Source of the DNA: Phoronis australis
Lineage: Eukaryota; Animalia; Phoronida
Assembly: GCA_002633005.1 (NCBI GenBank)
Contig: NMRA01000116.1
Location: 156,474-220,473, forward strand
Direction of reading: 5' to 3'
Length of the DNA: 64,000 bases
A program made the translations under genes and the position numbers. The notes under the pieces were generated by a model. That model was not told the DNA's origin. It was given only the letters and a program-made list of their open reading frames with translations, and made no database searches. Positions 1-13,800 of the stretch are shown here, one piece after another (position 1 is the stretch's first letter; each line of letters begins with the position of its first letter).

Positions 1-545
1 AAAAGAACGCTCAGTAATAAACGCCAACGGCAACTCGCAATCCCGACTTAGGACGAGCTAGAGCTCATCAGTCCCGACTACCCAGGTGGATCGTTAAATT
101 TTACAGGCTATCAATTCGAACAGGAATACAATGATGAAGAAATACTAGAGAGGCGCCGTGAACAAGCTCAGACAATGGAACGTATGGAGTTATTTGGTAA
201 GCCCGCATTCACCAGGCACAGTCGACATCTGCAGGCCACAGACACGGAGATGTTTCACGGCCTCATACTTGCCATTTACAGCGTACATTTTATTCTTCAC
301 TACCATGAGCCACTTCCTAAGCATTTCGGAGTCTCGAGGAAGTAAAAAAAAAACAATATACCCGGTTTCTTCACAGTTTCATAGTTCAGACAAGCAGGAA
401 CGATGCACCGCAACATAGCGGCATCCACCTTGCATATGAACCACTGACGTCGCTAGCGTCGTTTCTCACCTTCCTCATAGGTTAACGCGACACCTCTTGG
501 CGAGGTAAGGTCGACCATATGCGAGGCGATGTGGATATAGACCGA
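1..545 (-). mobile_element. Second, older Kolobok-like deletion derivative (left end outside the window or degraded)
   Basis: Minus strand 416-~230 reads MLRCIVPACLNY..FYF/[1-nt frameshift]RDSEMLRKWLMVVKNKMYAVNGKYEAVKHLRVCGL, a THAP domain that aligns by eye with the 15224 ORF. Plus strand 52-196 reads ..GYQFEQEYNDEEILERRREQ.., similar to GYMFEPKYNEAE of the KolX-like ORF. TTAA at 546-549 is a candidate target site. Confidence 0.7.
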
Positions 546-559
546 TTAAGGCGGCAAAA

Positions 560-1170
560 AAGCCTAATTAAATCGGGTGGCATTCTCCTTTAATAGAAAG
601 CTATTTCCAAAATTTCATAGAAATCTGTCAAGGAAGTTCAGAGAAACAGAGGAAAATGGTAAAAAATTAAATTGTAACAAGGAAGCAGAGCATTCATTGG
701 ATCCGTTAGAAGGTCGTCATCCACGTTGCCAACATCATATAAATACACTAATTGCTAAATTTAATAAAGATCCTACAGTGGGTTTAGCACATACAGCTGT
801 GGATGCAATAAAAAAAACTGCCACTAAGAGGTGCCACAGTAGTCGAAGTTGTCGGGTGGACGCAAACAGACTCGAAAACAGTTAAAATGGACACTAGGTG
901 GCACAAACCTCGAATCCATCTGAAAACATGATAGCATCATCTTACTAGCCGATACCTATGTGCCAAATTTCATGAAAATCCGTTGAGGGTCTTTGGAGAT
1001 ACAAAGGTAAATGTAAAAAAATAAAATTACCACTAGGGACACACGGGTAGTCAGATCTGTCCGAAATTCGTTGCCATCCATCGTCAGCTTCATAGAAACA
1101 CATCAGCCAAATCTCATCAAGATCGTGTACTGGGTTTAGGAGATACAGCTGCAGATGCCCGGACAGAGAT
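560..1170. repeat. Degenerate tandem array of the same CCAAATTTCATGAAAATCC family
   Basis: Core motif at about 608, 755, 963 and 1107. CACTAGG motifs at about 892 and 1032. Confidence 0.55.
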
Positions 1171-1837
1171 GACGGCAATATGCACCCACATATAAATAAA
1201 TATGTGGGCGCATAAAGATGCATGGCGATATCTCGTGCAGGCTTGTAAGATGTGGCCAAACTGGCAGGAAGATGTACAAGACAGTGTTTAGACTTAGGTC
1301 TGAAAAAGGAACCCCGACACCAACAAGTCACACTTTTGCTGGCCATTGCGTGAAAGGCCAAAAAGCATAGTTGGTTCTGGTGGTGTTAGTGATGCGGTAT
1401 TTTTAAAATGTACATTTTTTCAAAACAGAAATGCACCTGAAAAAAGTTAAATTATGCAAGATTTGTTGTTTTTACTAGCCACTTGAAAAATGATGGTATT
1501 TCAAACCTTACTTACTAGTAAGACTTCTTGACGTGCTTGCAATTTTTCAACAAAAAAAAAAACACACACACACAAGACCTCGGCTGAAATCAGTGTGGGT
1601 CGGCATTCCTTGTTTTAATCTGTGAAGGCCAGTCTTAAATGAGTCGCAGTAAAGAACACAACCAACTTTGCCATTTTGGTCTAATATTTCAAACCGTATC
1701 CTTCCCAAGCCATAACAAGCCTGAGAACATACAACCATGCAACTGAAATATCATGGCCTGTTAAGTAACCTCAGTCTGCAAGTAAAGCAACACAATGCAA
1801 ACAGTGAAAGCAATACAACAAGTTCAAGCCAGCGTGC

Positions 1838-4800
1838 CAGTGGTGCCAAGTGCTTGAGAATGATGGGGCAGATAACTCCAGTGATAGGGCCACTAACAGT
1901 GAAGAACACCATGACGACAAACGTGAGGAAGGGTACGAATATGCAGGTAGAGACAACGGCACTGGAAATGTGGAAATGAGCAGACTGAGTACAAGCGAAT
2001 ACATCACTGAGGCTAGTAAATGAAGTACAGAAGACAACTACACACACATGGCTAAAGGTCACATTTCATAAAACGTTTTTCAGCTTACGGTACACTAAAT
2101 TTTCAAAACCTTTGATGATGACACTTACATGTGTGTGGTAAAAAGTAATGTTTGAACTATTGACCAACATTTGTTTTTCTTAAAACCTGGGATTTTTCTT
2201 GGTTATCACCATATTAACTTCAGCAGACATGAAATTACTTAATATTCATACGTGAGACAGGCCTTTATCCAGGATTTCAAAAATAGGGTGTCCTAAATGG
2301 GGTTCCCAATATTCCAGGGGGTCCATGATTCCGACGAGTAACCGCCCACCCCCAGCAATCCCCCAAACATGCAGATTTTTTTTACAAAAAAATGCATAGA
2401 CCAAGGTTTTTACATCTAAGTTTACAAAACAGTTTTCTGTAGTGAGCATTTTTACTAAAAAACTGTGCAGACCAAGACTTTTACAATGCTATCAACCAAG
2501 TGTGAGCATAGCAACATTGTATATACTTTGTATATACATTGTATATTTCTTCCTGCTTTGAAAAAAGAGCCACCACTCTGAGTCTTTATAGGCTTCCTAG
2601 TGATCATTACAATGTGTGTGTCCAAACTTGAAAGGTTCCTATTGATAGTGGGCGTCCAAATGATACATTGGGCGTCCTTGCCAGGGCATCCATATTAGGA
2701 CCTATGCTGCATAAAGGCCTGACGTGAGAGCAATAGGTTCATAATCAGGTTCATAATCGTTTAGTGTTTTATCAACCAAGAGGCTGAGGTATTTTCTTAA
2801 AAGGCTTTTGGTCAGTGAAGTTGGCTCTCAAAAACAAACTTAAGACTTTAACACTTTACAAATGTGGACCAATTCCAAGGTCCATATGACCTGATATGCC
2901 CGAGAGAGACTCTAGATTGTTTTGTTTTTAATTATTATACGATCACTGAGATGCTTCAGTTTTTTGACATTTTGTAATTAGATTACCCTATTCTACCCAG
3001 TTTTTATCTGTCTGGCATCCTCTGCTCATTTTGTTGTCGGGGTTTACGGATCTCAGAGAACACGAGTATGTGTGGTCATGTATTGATATGGATTGATATT
3101 GCCTGAGGGAGAGCAATATCTACTGGCCTTGCAGTCAGGGCATGCTTTCCACAGCGTAAGACTGGTTAGAATGTAAATAGCGACACTAGAAGTTCTGACT
3201 TCATGAAGGAAAAGTGATATTCCATACCATGCTTGGTCAATATTATGGTTTATAAAAAAAGTTACACAGACGGTTCCACCCAATGTTCAGTTAGTACCAT
3301 CATCCCTTTGAAGGAGGTGTGATGTCTTTGAGGTTTTTGGAGATTAACTCTTTCAGTATTGTCCAGCAAACCAGACTCAAATCAAATACAATGAAAGTGA
3401 TAATTGTGTTGCATTTTAGCCAATCAGAGAACAGACTGATGTGTCTGCAATACTTGTGTAGTAATATCTGATTAGTTAAAAACTTGCAGAGTTCACTTTT
3501 GAAAGACAATATCTCAGAAAATTCTGCTATAGAAACTTAATTTGAAAGTTTCATGCCAAAAATTTTACTTCAGACCAGATAAAATAATTGATATGCATAA
3601 TTTTCACAGCAATTTATTTTTGCCAATTGAAATCATGACTTTGTGGATTGAAAAGTAGCAAAAAACATGAAGAATGTGACCATGAGAACAAAGGTAGGTT
3701 GAAGTTACCTGCAAATATCAAGACTGCATTTCTCTGACATGTTACAAAAAGCACAACATGACAGTGAACCACAAGGTAGCAAGCTTTTGGTAATAGTCAA
3801 CTACATTGGTCCCAAATTTGACAACCAGTTTTCTCCATTGAAGAACAAGCATCATACCGTGACCACTTTTGTCAGCTTTTGTACATATTTGCTAAATACT
3901 GTAACATTTTTCTTCAAAACAAGTCATTTTCTATCAAAGAAATCTTTTTTTTAAATCTTTATATGATGATAATGAGAACATACCACATCAGACTTCTGCC
4001 ACCATAGTGTGACACAGTGGTGCGCTCTGTTGGTGGCTGTGTTGCTGGCCGATGAGCAACGAGACCCAGAACGAGGCCAAGGACCAAAAACGAGATAATG
4101 ATGATCTGCATCACGCTGAGAGAGACACCAACTTGATAGCTGGAAACACACACAGTCAGGTTAGTCAGAGGGATGTGGCAGAATAATGTACAACAATGAA
4201 GCTGTGCCCAAGTGTGCCACAGAACAGATGACGAGTCAGTCAAATAAACCATTCAGTGCACAATGACTGTTTAGCAGAAAAAAAGCACTGAAATAAAGCA
4301 TTTAATATAATTTATTTATTGTGATATTTAAAATGAGGGTGGCCTATTCAGTGACAGCACTGCTTTCCAAGAGGGACCTTAAGCAGTGAGGCCATTGTAG
4401 GATTTTTACAGACAATTCTACCAAAACAGTGCACAGCACATTAAAGCTGTTACTACTTTTATGTCTTTTATTTTTAAGACAGTATACCCAAATTTGGCTT
4501 CAGTCTATAACACAGTGAAGATCAAAACTTTTGAGTTTCATCAACCAATCACATGCTGTTTAGTTCCTTAACAATTCTTTGTACTCAGATTGTCAGAAGA
4601 TTTAGCAGATGGCATACTGTGAATAAAGGACACACCATTTTGGCAGTCGTGAATATGTTGTAAGATTGACCTGGCAATGAAGGGGGGAGGGCCCAGTCTA
4701 GTATATGGAAGCAGACTTAGGTAGCTGAAGTTACAAGAGCCACTTAACTATAAACTGGAATATTACTATACCCACCATTTACAGTGGACATGGAAAACGA

Positions 4801-7800
4801 CACATCTGCATTCAGAGCTTCTACAAAAAAGTCACCCTTTCAAAAGAATTCATTCCAGAAACATGACCCTTTAACTGGCAGGGGTAAATTTCACAGTTAA
4901 TTCTCCACCGACTGAATTTTAACCATTTGAGCTGAAATAGTTAATTTAAAGAAAAATAACTGCAAATGTTTCAAAAATGAAATTATGTTTTTTCAACAAA
5001 ACCTCACTTTTTAATATTAATTGTGAAACCTCTGGTAGATTTATGTACCTCAGTTAAAAGGGAGCTTTTTTGGAGTTCTGAAGTCCCAAAGACAACCCAT
5101 ATGTAGGAAATAACATCAAGTTCTAAAACAAATAAATGAATTAAATAAAAAACTAGTGGCTTTTCACCTAGTAAAATACAATTATTTTACTCAATTTCAC
5201 AACATGTAGAGACAATCAGAGAAGCTACGCAAAAACTTACATGTAAAATACATATTTGTCCAGGTACCCCAGCACATCATTGACTCTTCCCTTAAATTCG
5301 GACACTCTGAAAGTCTAAAATGATACAATCAATCTTTGATTTCACAGTCATCAATTACTGCTGTCAAAAATTTCAATGTAGGTAATTTCTCCCAATTTGA
5401 TTTCAGTAGGGCACAGCACGAGATTGTGAAATGTAACATCTTAGATGTCTTCTCATTGGTTAAAAGAATGAACTACAATAGTCAGGGACTTTCCAATTGG
5501 CTGACATTGAGACATGCATGCTAAGTAATAAATATTCAGATCCATCTATAGAGAAATGTCTTTGTGGCTTTGCTGCATACACAAGAACAGGCTAAATCGA
5601 TGCATTCATAACAAGTTTTTTTTATAATACTAAGGATTACAAGGCACCAAACCAAACAACAAAATAATTTACTTTCCGGCACGTTCCCATTCCATATCTA
5701 TACAACAAACATCCACACTGAGACATGCACAGTCACTGATGTCCACACAAAAATTTCTGTATATTGTATGCAACATCCTCAGAATATTGAACGTCTAAGT
5801 GCAATTAGATCTTCTAAAATATTACACAGACTAAAGGTTCCAACTTCTTGGAGAAAAAGCCACCTGATGTTAACAACTTGAACAGAATTCCACTGATGCA
5901 AAAAAAACTCACAAAAAACAAGATTGCATGAAATGCATTTTGAGAGTATGTGCGGCAGCTTACTAGCATACCATCGGAAAATGGAGGCTACTGACTGTGT
6001 GATTGCATGATGGTTAGAGGGAGGCTACTGACTGAGTGATTGCGTGATGGTCAGAGGGAGGCTACTGACTGTGTGATTGTATGATGGTCAGAGGGAGGCT
6101 ACTGACTGTGTGATTGTATGATGGTCAGAGGGAGGCTACTGACTGAGTGATTGCAAGCATGATGGTCAGAGGGAGGCCATTGATTACGTGATTGTATGAT
6201 GGTCAGAGAGCATGGAATTATGGGATAGAATTCACTGTGTATGTTCAATAAGCATTTCTACCAACAATTCCACTGCAAATGTTATGGCCCTACGAAACGC
6301 AGCCCTATTAGGAAGAACTTACTGAGTTTTGCGCAGCCAATTATTATTCATCCTTTGCAAGTGATTTAAAGAGAAAGACTGCATGGCAACTTCTTCACAT
6401 GATACTGAAATGCACTATTGCATTTATAATAGAGGAATGTTGACACTACTGAATAGCTGGAAATGACTCCTAAACTTCACAGTTCATTTATCAAACTTGG
6501 GATGTGAGGAATCAAAAGCATTATGTGTGGCCAGCATAGTCATGAGGCACCAGTAGATGCTGTTCATGCTAAGATGTATGAGATGGAAAGAGAAAAGAAA
6601 TTCTCCTTCAAAACATTATAATTGACCCTGCTCTATCCTTCCAATGCCTGTCTGCACAAAATCCACATGTTCTACGAGGACATCATCCTGCTAAAAAATG
6701 GCAAAAACCAAAAACAATCATGGTGGACTGTTCAGTGATGATGAAATGATAAAATCCTGAGCGGTCACGTGATCTGATCCTAACAAACTCACTGAATGAT
6801 CGCACTGTTAGTTGTGATGTGGATAAAGAGGAAGAAGACGACCAATTGTCTGATGAAAGTTTTGTGGAAAATAAAAATTCAAGGAGGAAATGAACAGCCC
6901 TAAAACACCTATAGTGAGTGCCTATTCTGAAAATTTTGATCAGTGGTTTGTTCAAAGGAAAGTGAAGTGATTTTGTTACTGAATACAACTGAGAACTAAA
7001 AAATTGGTTTTACAGTGTCTTACTGTGTCGATCATTTTGTTGCACTTCGCTCCACACTTCAGAAAGACAAGTGATATCATCTGGTATGTATAGAAAAAAC
7101 AATCAAATTATTAGAATATATTGAGTCCCTGGACTTAATTCCAAATTGGCTTAGAATACGCTTTCATATTACCCGACATCAAAGCAACCACACTATGATT
7201 AAGTTCAAAACAAAAGTCGGTTTTTAAAAGCCTTAGTGCGGCTGATTTCACGAAATAAAAATATGAGATGAACTCTGATTTAAAGGTAGGACGATCACTT
7301 TCCCTCACTTCCTTCACAAACAGCATGTTTTCCAACAAAATTAACTGCAGAGTGAAATACCTACTGACAACAACCATTCTTGATTACTGCTGATCTTATT
7401 GCTTGCCATCTCATCAAGATATTGAGTTATGTTCTTCAACTCTGTAAAAACAAGCAAAACGCAAATAGTTAAGGTAAATTCTCATATGGAAACTATTCCA
7501 TGAGAGAGAAATTGTTATTGCTCAAGGTCTTGGCAAATTCTAACAATCAAGTAAGCACCAGTTCTAGTGTCTAAAGGTTCTTCTATGTAACGAGTGCAAC
7601 AGATCGCAATTCATAATAAGAAATGGACACAGAGACCTGAGGAATTCTCGAGGGTTTCACGAAGAACACATCAAAAGACTCAGTTCATTACCCGTAATGC
7701 ACGTGAAAGCAAATTAGTCGCGATCTGTTAAACTGCATACCTCAGTCATTAACATCCAGAAAGTACACACTAGTACAAAGCAAATTATTGAAATGCACTC

Positions 7801-10800
7801 ACGACTGCAAACTAAATGCTTCTTGGGGGTATTTATTATTATCATTACGTACTCTATAAAATAAAATGGCCACAAGGGGGTGTGGCATTAGTCAAATTTG
7901 TTTGAGACGAAGATGGTGTCATCATCACTTCGATAGCAACTCATTTGCTTAAATCCACCAACTTAAAGAAACTAATAAATGATTATTGTATTTAAAGAGC
8001 CACACACAAAGAAAACCTTAATGGCCACCAGGAGACACCACAGCAGTGGAACTCGTACCAAAATCAATGTCAGGTGGCAGATGTAATCTCAACTGGTACG
8101 CATAAATCAAATTTTATGAAGATCCATCACTTGAAGAGATTTGGTAACCATAATTTTCCGTAGATAAGCCCACCCGATGAAACCCCCAAGGGCGTTTATT
8201 TGGAAAGTTATGTCGATTAAACGCCCATGGGCATTTATTTGGTGTTACAACTTCTTGTGTCAAGTGTCCTCTTAATTAAAAGCCCACTCAATGTCAAGTT
8301 TTAGCCACAAACTCAGTTTTGTGGAGCATTTATCATTATTAAAAATGAACAAAGTGGTGGCGAACTATGTACTTATTAACATAAAATAAAAACACAGTTT
8401 TATACAAAATATTGCTGACATTTTTGTATCAGCCGAGGCTATACATTCCGCTTACATCCCCCTTTTCCGAATAAACGCCTAGGCGTTTATTTGGTGTTTA
8501 CTGCAATGCTTGAAAATTTTTATTTCCTGAATACACGCCCATGGGCTTACCTACGGAAATTCCCCGTAGATATTGATGCACAGGCATAAAAAAATTGGGC
8601 ACTAGGACGAACTGCAGTAGTTAGCCCAGTACAAAATCTGTGTCATTCTGTAAAATTTCATAATGAGATTTTAGTGCTTAAAGGCAGATGCCATAAATAC
8701 ACGCAAGTATAAAAATGGACACTAGGTGGTGCAGGATTCCATCTTAAAATGGGAAAGTGTTGGTAGTTGTCTCTTTAATAGAGAACTCAAATTTTCCAAA
8801 ATTTCACTAAAATCCCTTCAGGAACACAATATACCTATACAGAAAGACAACCTTAATTGCCACTAGAGGGTACCACAGCAGTTTGCTCCATCTAAAAATC
8901 AGCATCAGCTGTGCCCATCTCAATAGGATAACTTGAGCTGTGAAATTTATAATGATCCTTCAAGCAGTTTGACAGATGAGGCAGACGGCAAAAAGCAGAA
9001 TCTGCAAAAATAATAGAAATGGTCACTAGGGGCGAAGATTTCATAACATCCTTCTGCATATTGAAAAGGTGTAGTTGTCTCCAATAACAGAAACCTACTT
9101 GCCAAATTTCATGAAAATATACACCCTGAAACTCTGTAAATATAGGGCCTAACATAATGAAATTGCCACAAGGGGACACAGTCAGTGGTAGTTGAATCCA
9201 ACTGAAAATTCGCTCATGTCGCCTCGTCCATTATAAGAAAATGTTGGCAAAATTTCACAACTTGCATTGTGATGATCACAGGTTCTTAAAAATGCACCAT
9301 CAGAGCTTCAGCTATACAATATACGAAAAAAACGCATAAACAAAATTTGAAAAAATCTAATTTAAGTGAAAGTGCCTCTCATGGCTCAGAATAAAATTTG
9401 GTAGAAAACGTCTGTTGTAAAAAACTACGAAAATTTTCTTGTGAGTTTTTCAGTGTCTTTTACAATATTTGTTAATGAGGGCAAACTCACCAGTGAGGTT
9501 CTCAACATGTTCACCCCACGCAAACTCCCTATCACACACTCAAGTCAACACATTCACTGCCAAGATTTTTTAGAACAATTCTGTTACAGTATTTTCCAGT
9601 GCAAAATAAACATTGAGGATGTATTACACGGGGAGCAATCAGTAAAAACACTCTGATATTGTTAATTGTTGGTGGACTGGCGAGATGCACACACATGATT
9701 ATTCTAAAAATAACAGATCCTACGTTGAGAGAAGTCTGTGGCAGGTAAAACTAATTACATTGAACTGCTTTCCAATGTCTGTAGTTGACTGCAGGCCTTT
9801 ATGCAGCGTATGTCCTGGGCGTCCATTTGAACGCCCTAGCACTATAAATCTGGACGCCCTGGCAAGGACGCCCAATGTATCATTTGGACGCCCACTGTCA
9901 ATAGGAACCTTTCAAGTTTGGACTCACAAATTGTAATGATTACTGGGAAGCCTATGAAGGCTCACAGTGGGGGCTCTTTTTTCAAAGCACAAAGAAATAT
10001 ACAATGTATATACAAAGTATACACATTGTTGCTATTTTGACACTTAATTGACAGCATTGTAAAAGTCTTGGTCTATACTGTTTTTTTAGTAAAAATGCTC
10101 ACCATAGAAGGCTTAGATGTAAAAACCTTGATCTATGCATTTTTTGTAAAAAATGTGTGTTAGGGGGTATTGCTGGAGGTGGGGGGGTTACGCGTCAGAG
10201 TCATGGACGCCCTGGAATATTGGAATCCCATTTTGGACACCCTATTTTCAAAATCCTGGATAAAGGCCTGAGACTGTTTCTTAAAATTTCACATTTTTGC
10301 CCACTTGTTTAGAGTCGGCAATTATTATCCGACATATTTTCTTACCGGTAATTATGGGCAGCGCAGCGTCTTTTATGGTGTCTGCCATTTGAAAGAATGT
10401 TTGCAAGCCCTACAACAGACGATGACCATATGTTTTACTCCACAAGAAGCAATATTCCCACAATGTGTGAACACAGGGAAACATTTACATTGGCAATCTT
10501 CACAGTTATCGGCATTGCTACAATGGTCGCAGTCACACAACCAGATAGAATAATTACTTGAAAATGGGTGGAATTACTATCTGGCTCCCTAATACGTGTA
10601 CCAAATTTGGTGAAGTTTCATCCTCACAAAATGAAAATGGGCACTAGAGGGCAAATCATGCAGTTAGTGAATGAGAGCTCATCTTGAAGTGTCACGCAGT
10701 GCTATCTATGGAAACTGGCGCTTTATTAGTTTTTTTGGAGTGGAAACCTATGGTTTTGATTTTGTAAAACAGTGAATTAGCCAAGCTTACAAATCACTCG

Positions 10801-13800
10801 GATAACAATAGCAGAGTGAATACAGGTCACAGAATTATTTCAGTATGAAGATCATCACCCCTGCTGACTTAAAGCTTCATTTTGCCTTGTTTTGCCTTCT
10901 GAAGTTGTCAAATCGGGCCTTTCATTACCCAGAACATTGGAACCACCAGCGACTTAAGTAAACACTCCACAGCTTATTGGGCTTGGTCAATACTAAAACT
11001 ACAGAATGATTTAAAAATGGCGTGTGTACACGCATACAGTGAGCACACATCACAAATTTTTGTCCACCTGGATATTGGTTGGCGACCAGGTCATCTAGCT
11101 GACCAGCAACGGTCAGCAAGGACTCGTCCGCTGAATCGCCTCTGCGGTCAGCAAATCAGTTGCCTAGCATAGACGACGAATTCAGCGTATCCTCAGTTGC
11201 CAATACCATTTTATGACTTAGCAGATGAACTTTGGCAAAACAGGGGATTCAATTGTTTGTTTTTTGTTCTCCAGTGGTCACTCTAGTCCAAACCTGTATT
11301 TTAACAATTTTGTATCGGACACTTAACATTATAGTATAACTGAAAGTACTTAATAATATGAATTGTGTGAAATTAGTAAGTGTAAAGTTAATATTCTTGT
11401 GGAATTACCGACGGTGTGATAAAATCAAACGTTAAATGTTCTCGCAGAAATATAATTTCAAACTCTAGCTATGAGGCGTTTTTATGCACAACAATCAAGA
11501 AACGTTTAAAAATTACAGCAAAATGGTAAGAAAATTCAACAGCAACACTGCATGAGTTACGACCGCAGGTGTTTTCAAGCTGGGAAATGTTCAAAGAGGC
11601 TCGCAACTGATCTATGATAGTTATTGCTTTTGATTACCAATTCATCACCTATTCACATTTTTGAAAAGTGGGACAACACCATTGTCTTGTTGCATAACCT
11701 CCCATAGCCTCTATAGCCCTGCACATGAAAACCAGGGTGAGGTTATACAAACCTCAGTCAAATTCCCTTGGTGCAGTGTTAGGTAAGCACCGTGAGGTCA
11801 AGTGACAAAAATCCACCATGCTTCTTAATTTATAAAATGGTCTATTTCACAGTGGAAGGTGGTCTCATTTAACAGGGAGTATTTCGACCTCAAAACCCCA
11901 ACTCCAAAATGTGAACATCGAGACTTCAAAAGTAGGTATAAAGTCACTACATAATTACGTCAATACAAACGTACCATGATCATACTTTTTACTGGTCTAG
12001 TGCCTATTAGGTACATATTGTCCTGTAACACTAGTGGCGTTATGCAAGTAAGTGCCTATTATGTATACATACTGTCCTGTAACACTTATGAGTGGCGAAA
12101 CACAAGTAGCTTAAATATTTGACATGTTGGATATTGCAAGGTCATGTCACCACAACATATGTCACCATAGCAACACAACTTACCTGATCGAGATAGCTAG
12201 TGATGTCAACATCTTTCAGTTGTTCAGCAAAGTCAAGGTTCATCGTTAAATCTGGCAGCTGAAAACAAGATAAGTCAGAACATTAAGAGGATGAAAGAAT
12301 AAAAATAAGAGTTTCAATCACAAAAAAGCAGAACTGTCAAACAACAGGTCTGAGTACAAAACCTCCACTATTACGGTACAGTAGTACAGGCAATACTTGA
12401 CATCTGAAGTAGAGACAATATCTGTTTCACTGGGGTGAGTGGTCAGTAATGCTTTGAAGGGCAAAATCACCACAAGGTGACACCAGTTATCAAACCCATC
12501 CAAAAATGAACATCAGCTATGGTCTTCTGATCAGGAACACATATACCAAGATTCATAATGGTCTTTTGAGTAGTTTTGCAGACAAAGAAGTGGATGCCAA
12601 AAAACGGACTCAAAATAACAACATGAGCTTTGAAAAGCACCCACAAATGCACCGCAAACGATGTGCTTATAGGGTTGTTTATTTGTATCATAACAATGGC
12701 CACAAATGGCACAAAATACATCAAATCCATCCTAAAATGGGAACATGCCATCACTTCTTTAATAGAAAGCTATTTACTAATTCAAAATTTTATTAAAATC
12801 TGTCAAGCAACTTTTCAGAGAAACAAAGGAAAACGGAAAAAATGAAATTGCCACTAGATCAGCCTGACACTTGTCATCATCTGGTGTCAGCTCCATCCGA
12901 AAACATTTCTGCCGAATTTCACCAAGATACAGCTGCAAAGGGTTGTGGAGAGAACAGTCGGAGACACAGAACAAAACCACCACTAGGTGGTGCCAGAGTC
13001 AATGATCCATGGTCTTCTGATCAGTGACATATGCCAATGAGCATTTGAGTGGTTTGGCAGATAGAGAGGCAGAAGCCAAAAAAGGACATGGAATTTTTTT
13101 TAAAATGGTGGTGTAGAATATGCCTAATAGTGGGAAGGGGTTGTTGTCTCTTTCACAGAATCCTATTTGCCAAATTTCAAGGAACTTGAAGAAGCAGGTA
13201 AACGTAAAAATAAACTTGCCAATGGAAGACACAGCAGTAGTCATATAAGTCCAAAAGTTGTCATCTGTTATCAAACTCATAGAAAAACAATTTCCAAATT
13301 TCATAAAAATCCTGCAGACCAAAGGGTCAAGCAGAAATACGACGGTTACCCCAGATGAAAAACAAAAAGGAAATAATCACTACTAAGGGATGCCATAGTA
13401 GTTGGATCCATCTAAATATCAACCTCACCTGTGGTCTTCTCAGAAGGAAGACATTTGCCAAATTTTGATAATGATCCTTTGTGTGGCTTGATAGCAGAAG
13501 AAGTGTACACCAAAAACAAAGCACTGGGTGACGCACAATTTGTTTAATCCATCCAAAATGGGAAGTTGTCATCCACTCATAAATGAAAACCTTGCCAAAT
13601 TTCATGAAAATAAGTCAAAGGTATAATACTAAAATTGTCATTAGGGGACACAGCAGTAGTCAGACCTGTCCATTAAAGACGTCCTCATTTGTCTTCTCCA
13701 TTAGGAACACATCTACCAACTTTCATGAAGAACCTCCAAAGCGTTTTGGAGAATGATAAAGATGCCCGATCGCCAAACAAAGGTGACAGCAATATGTGAC

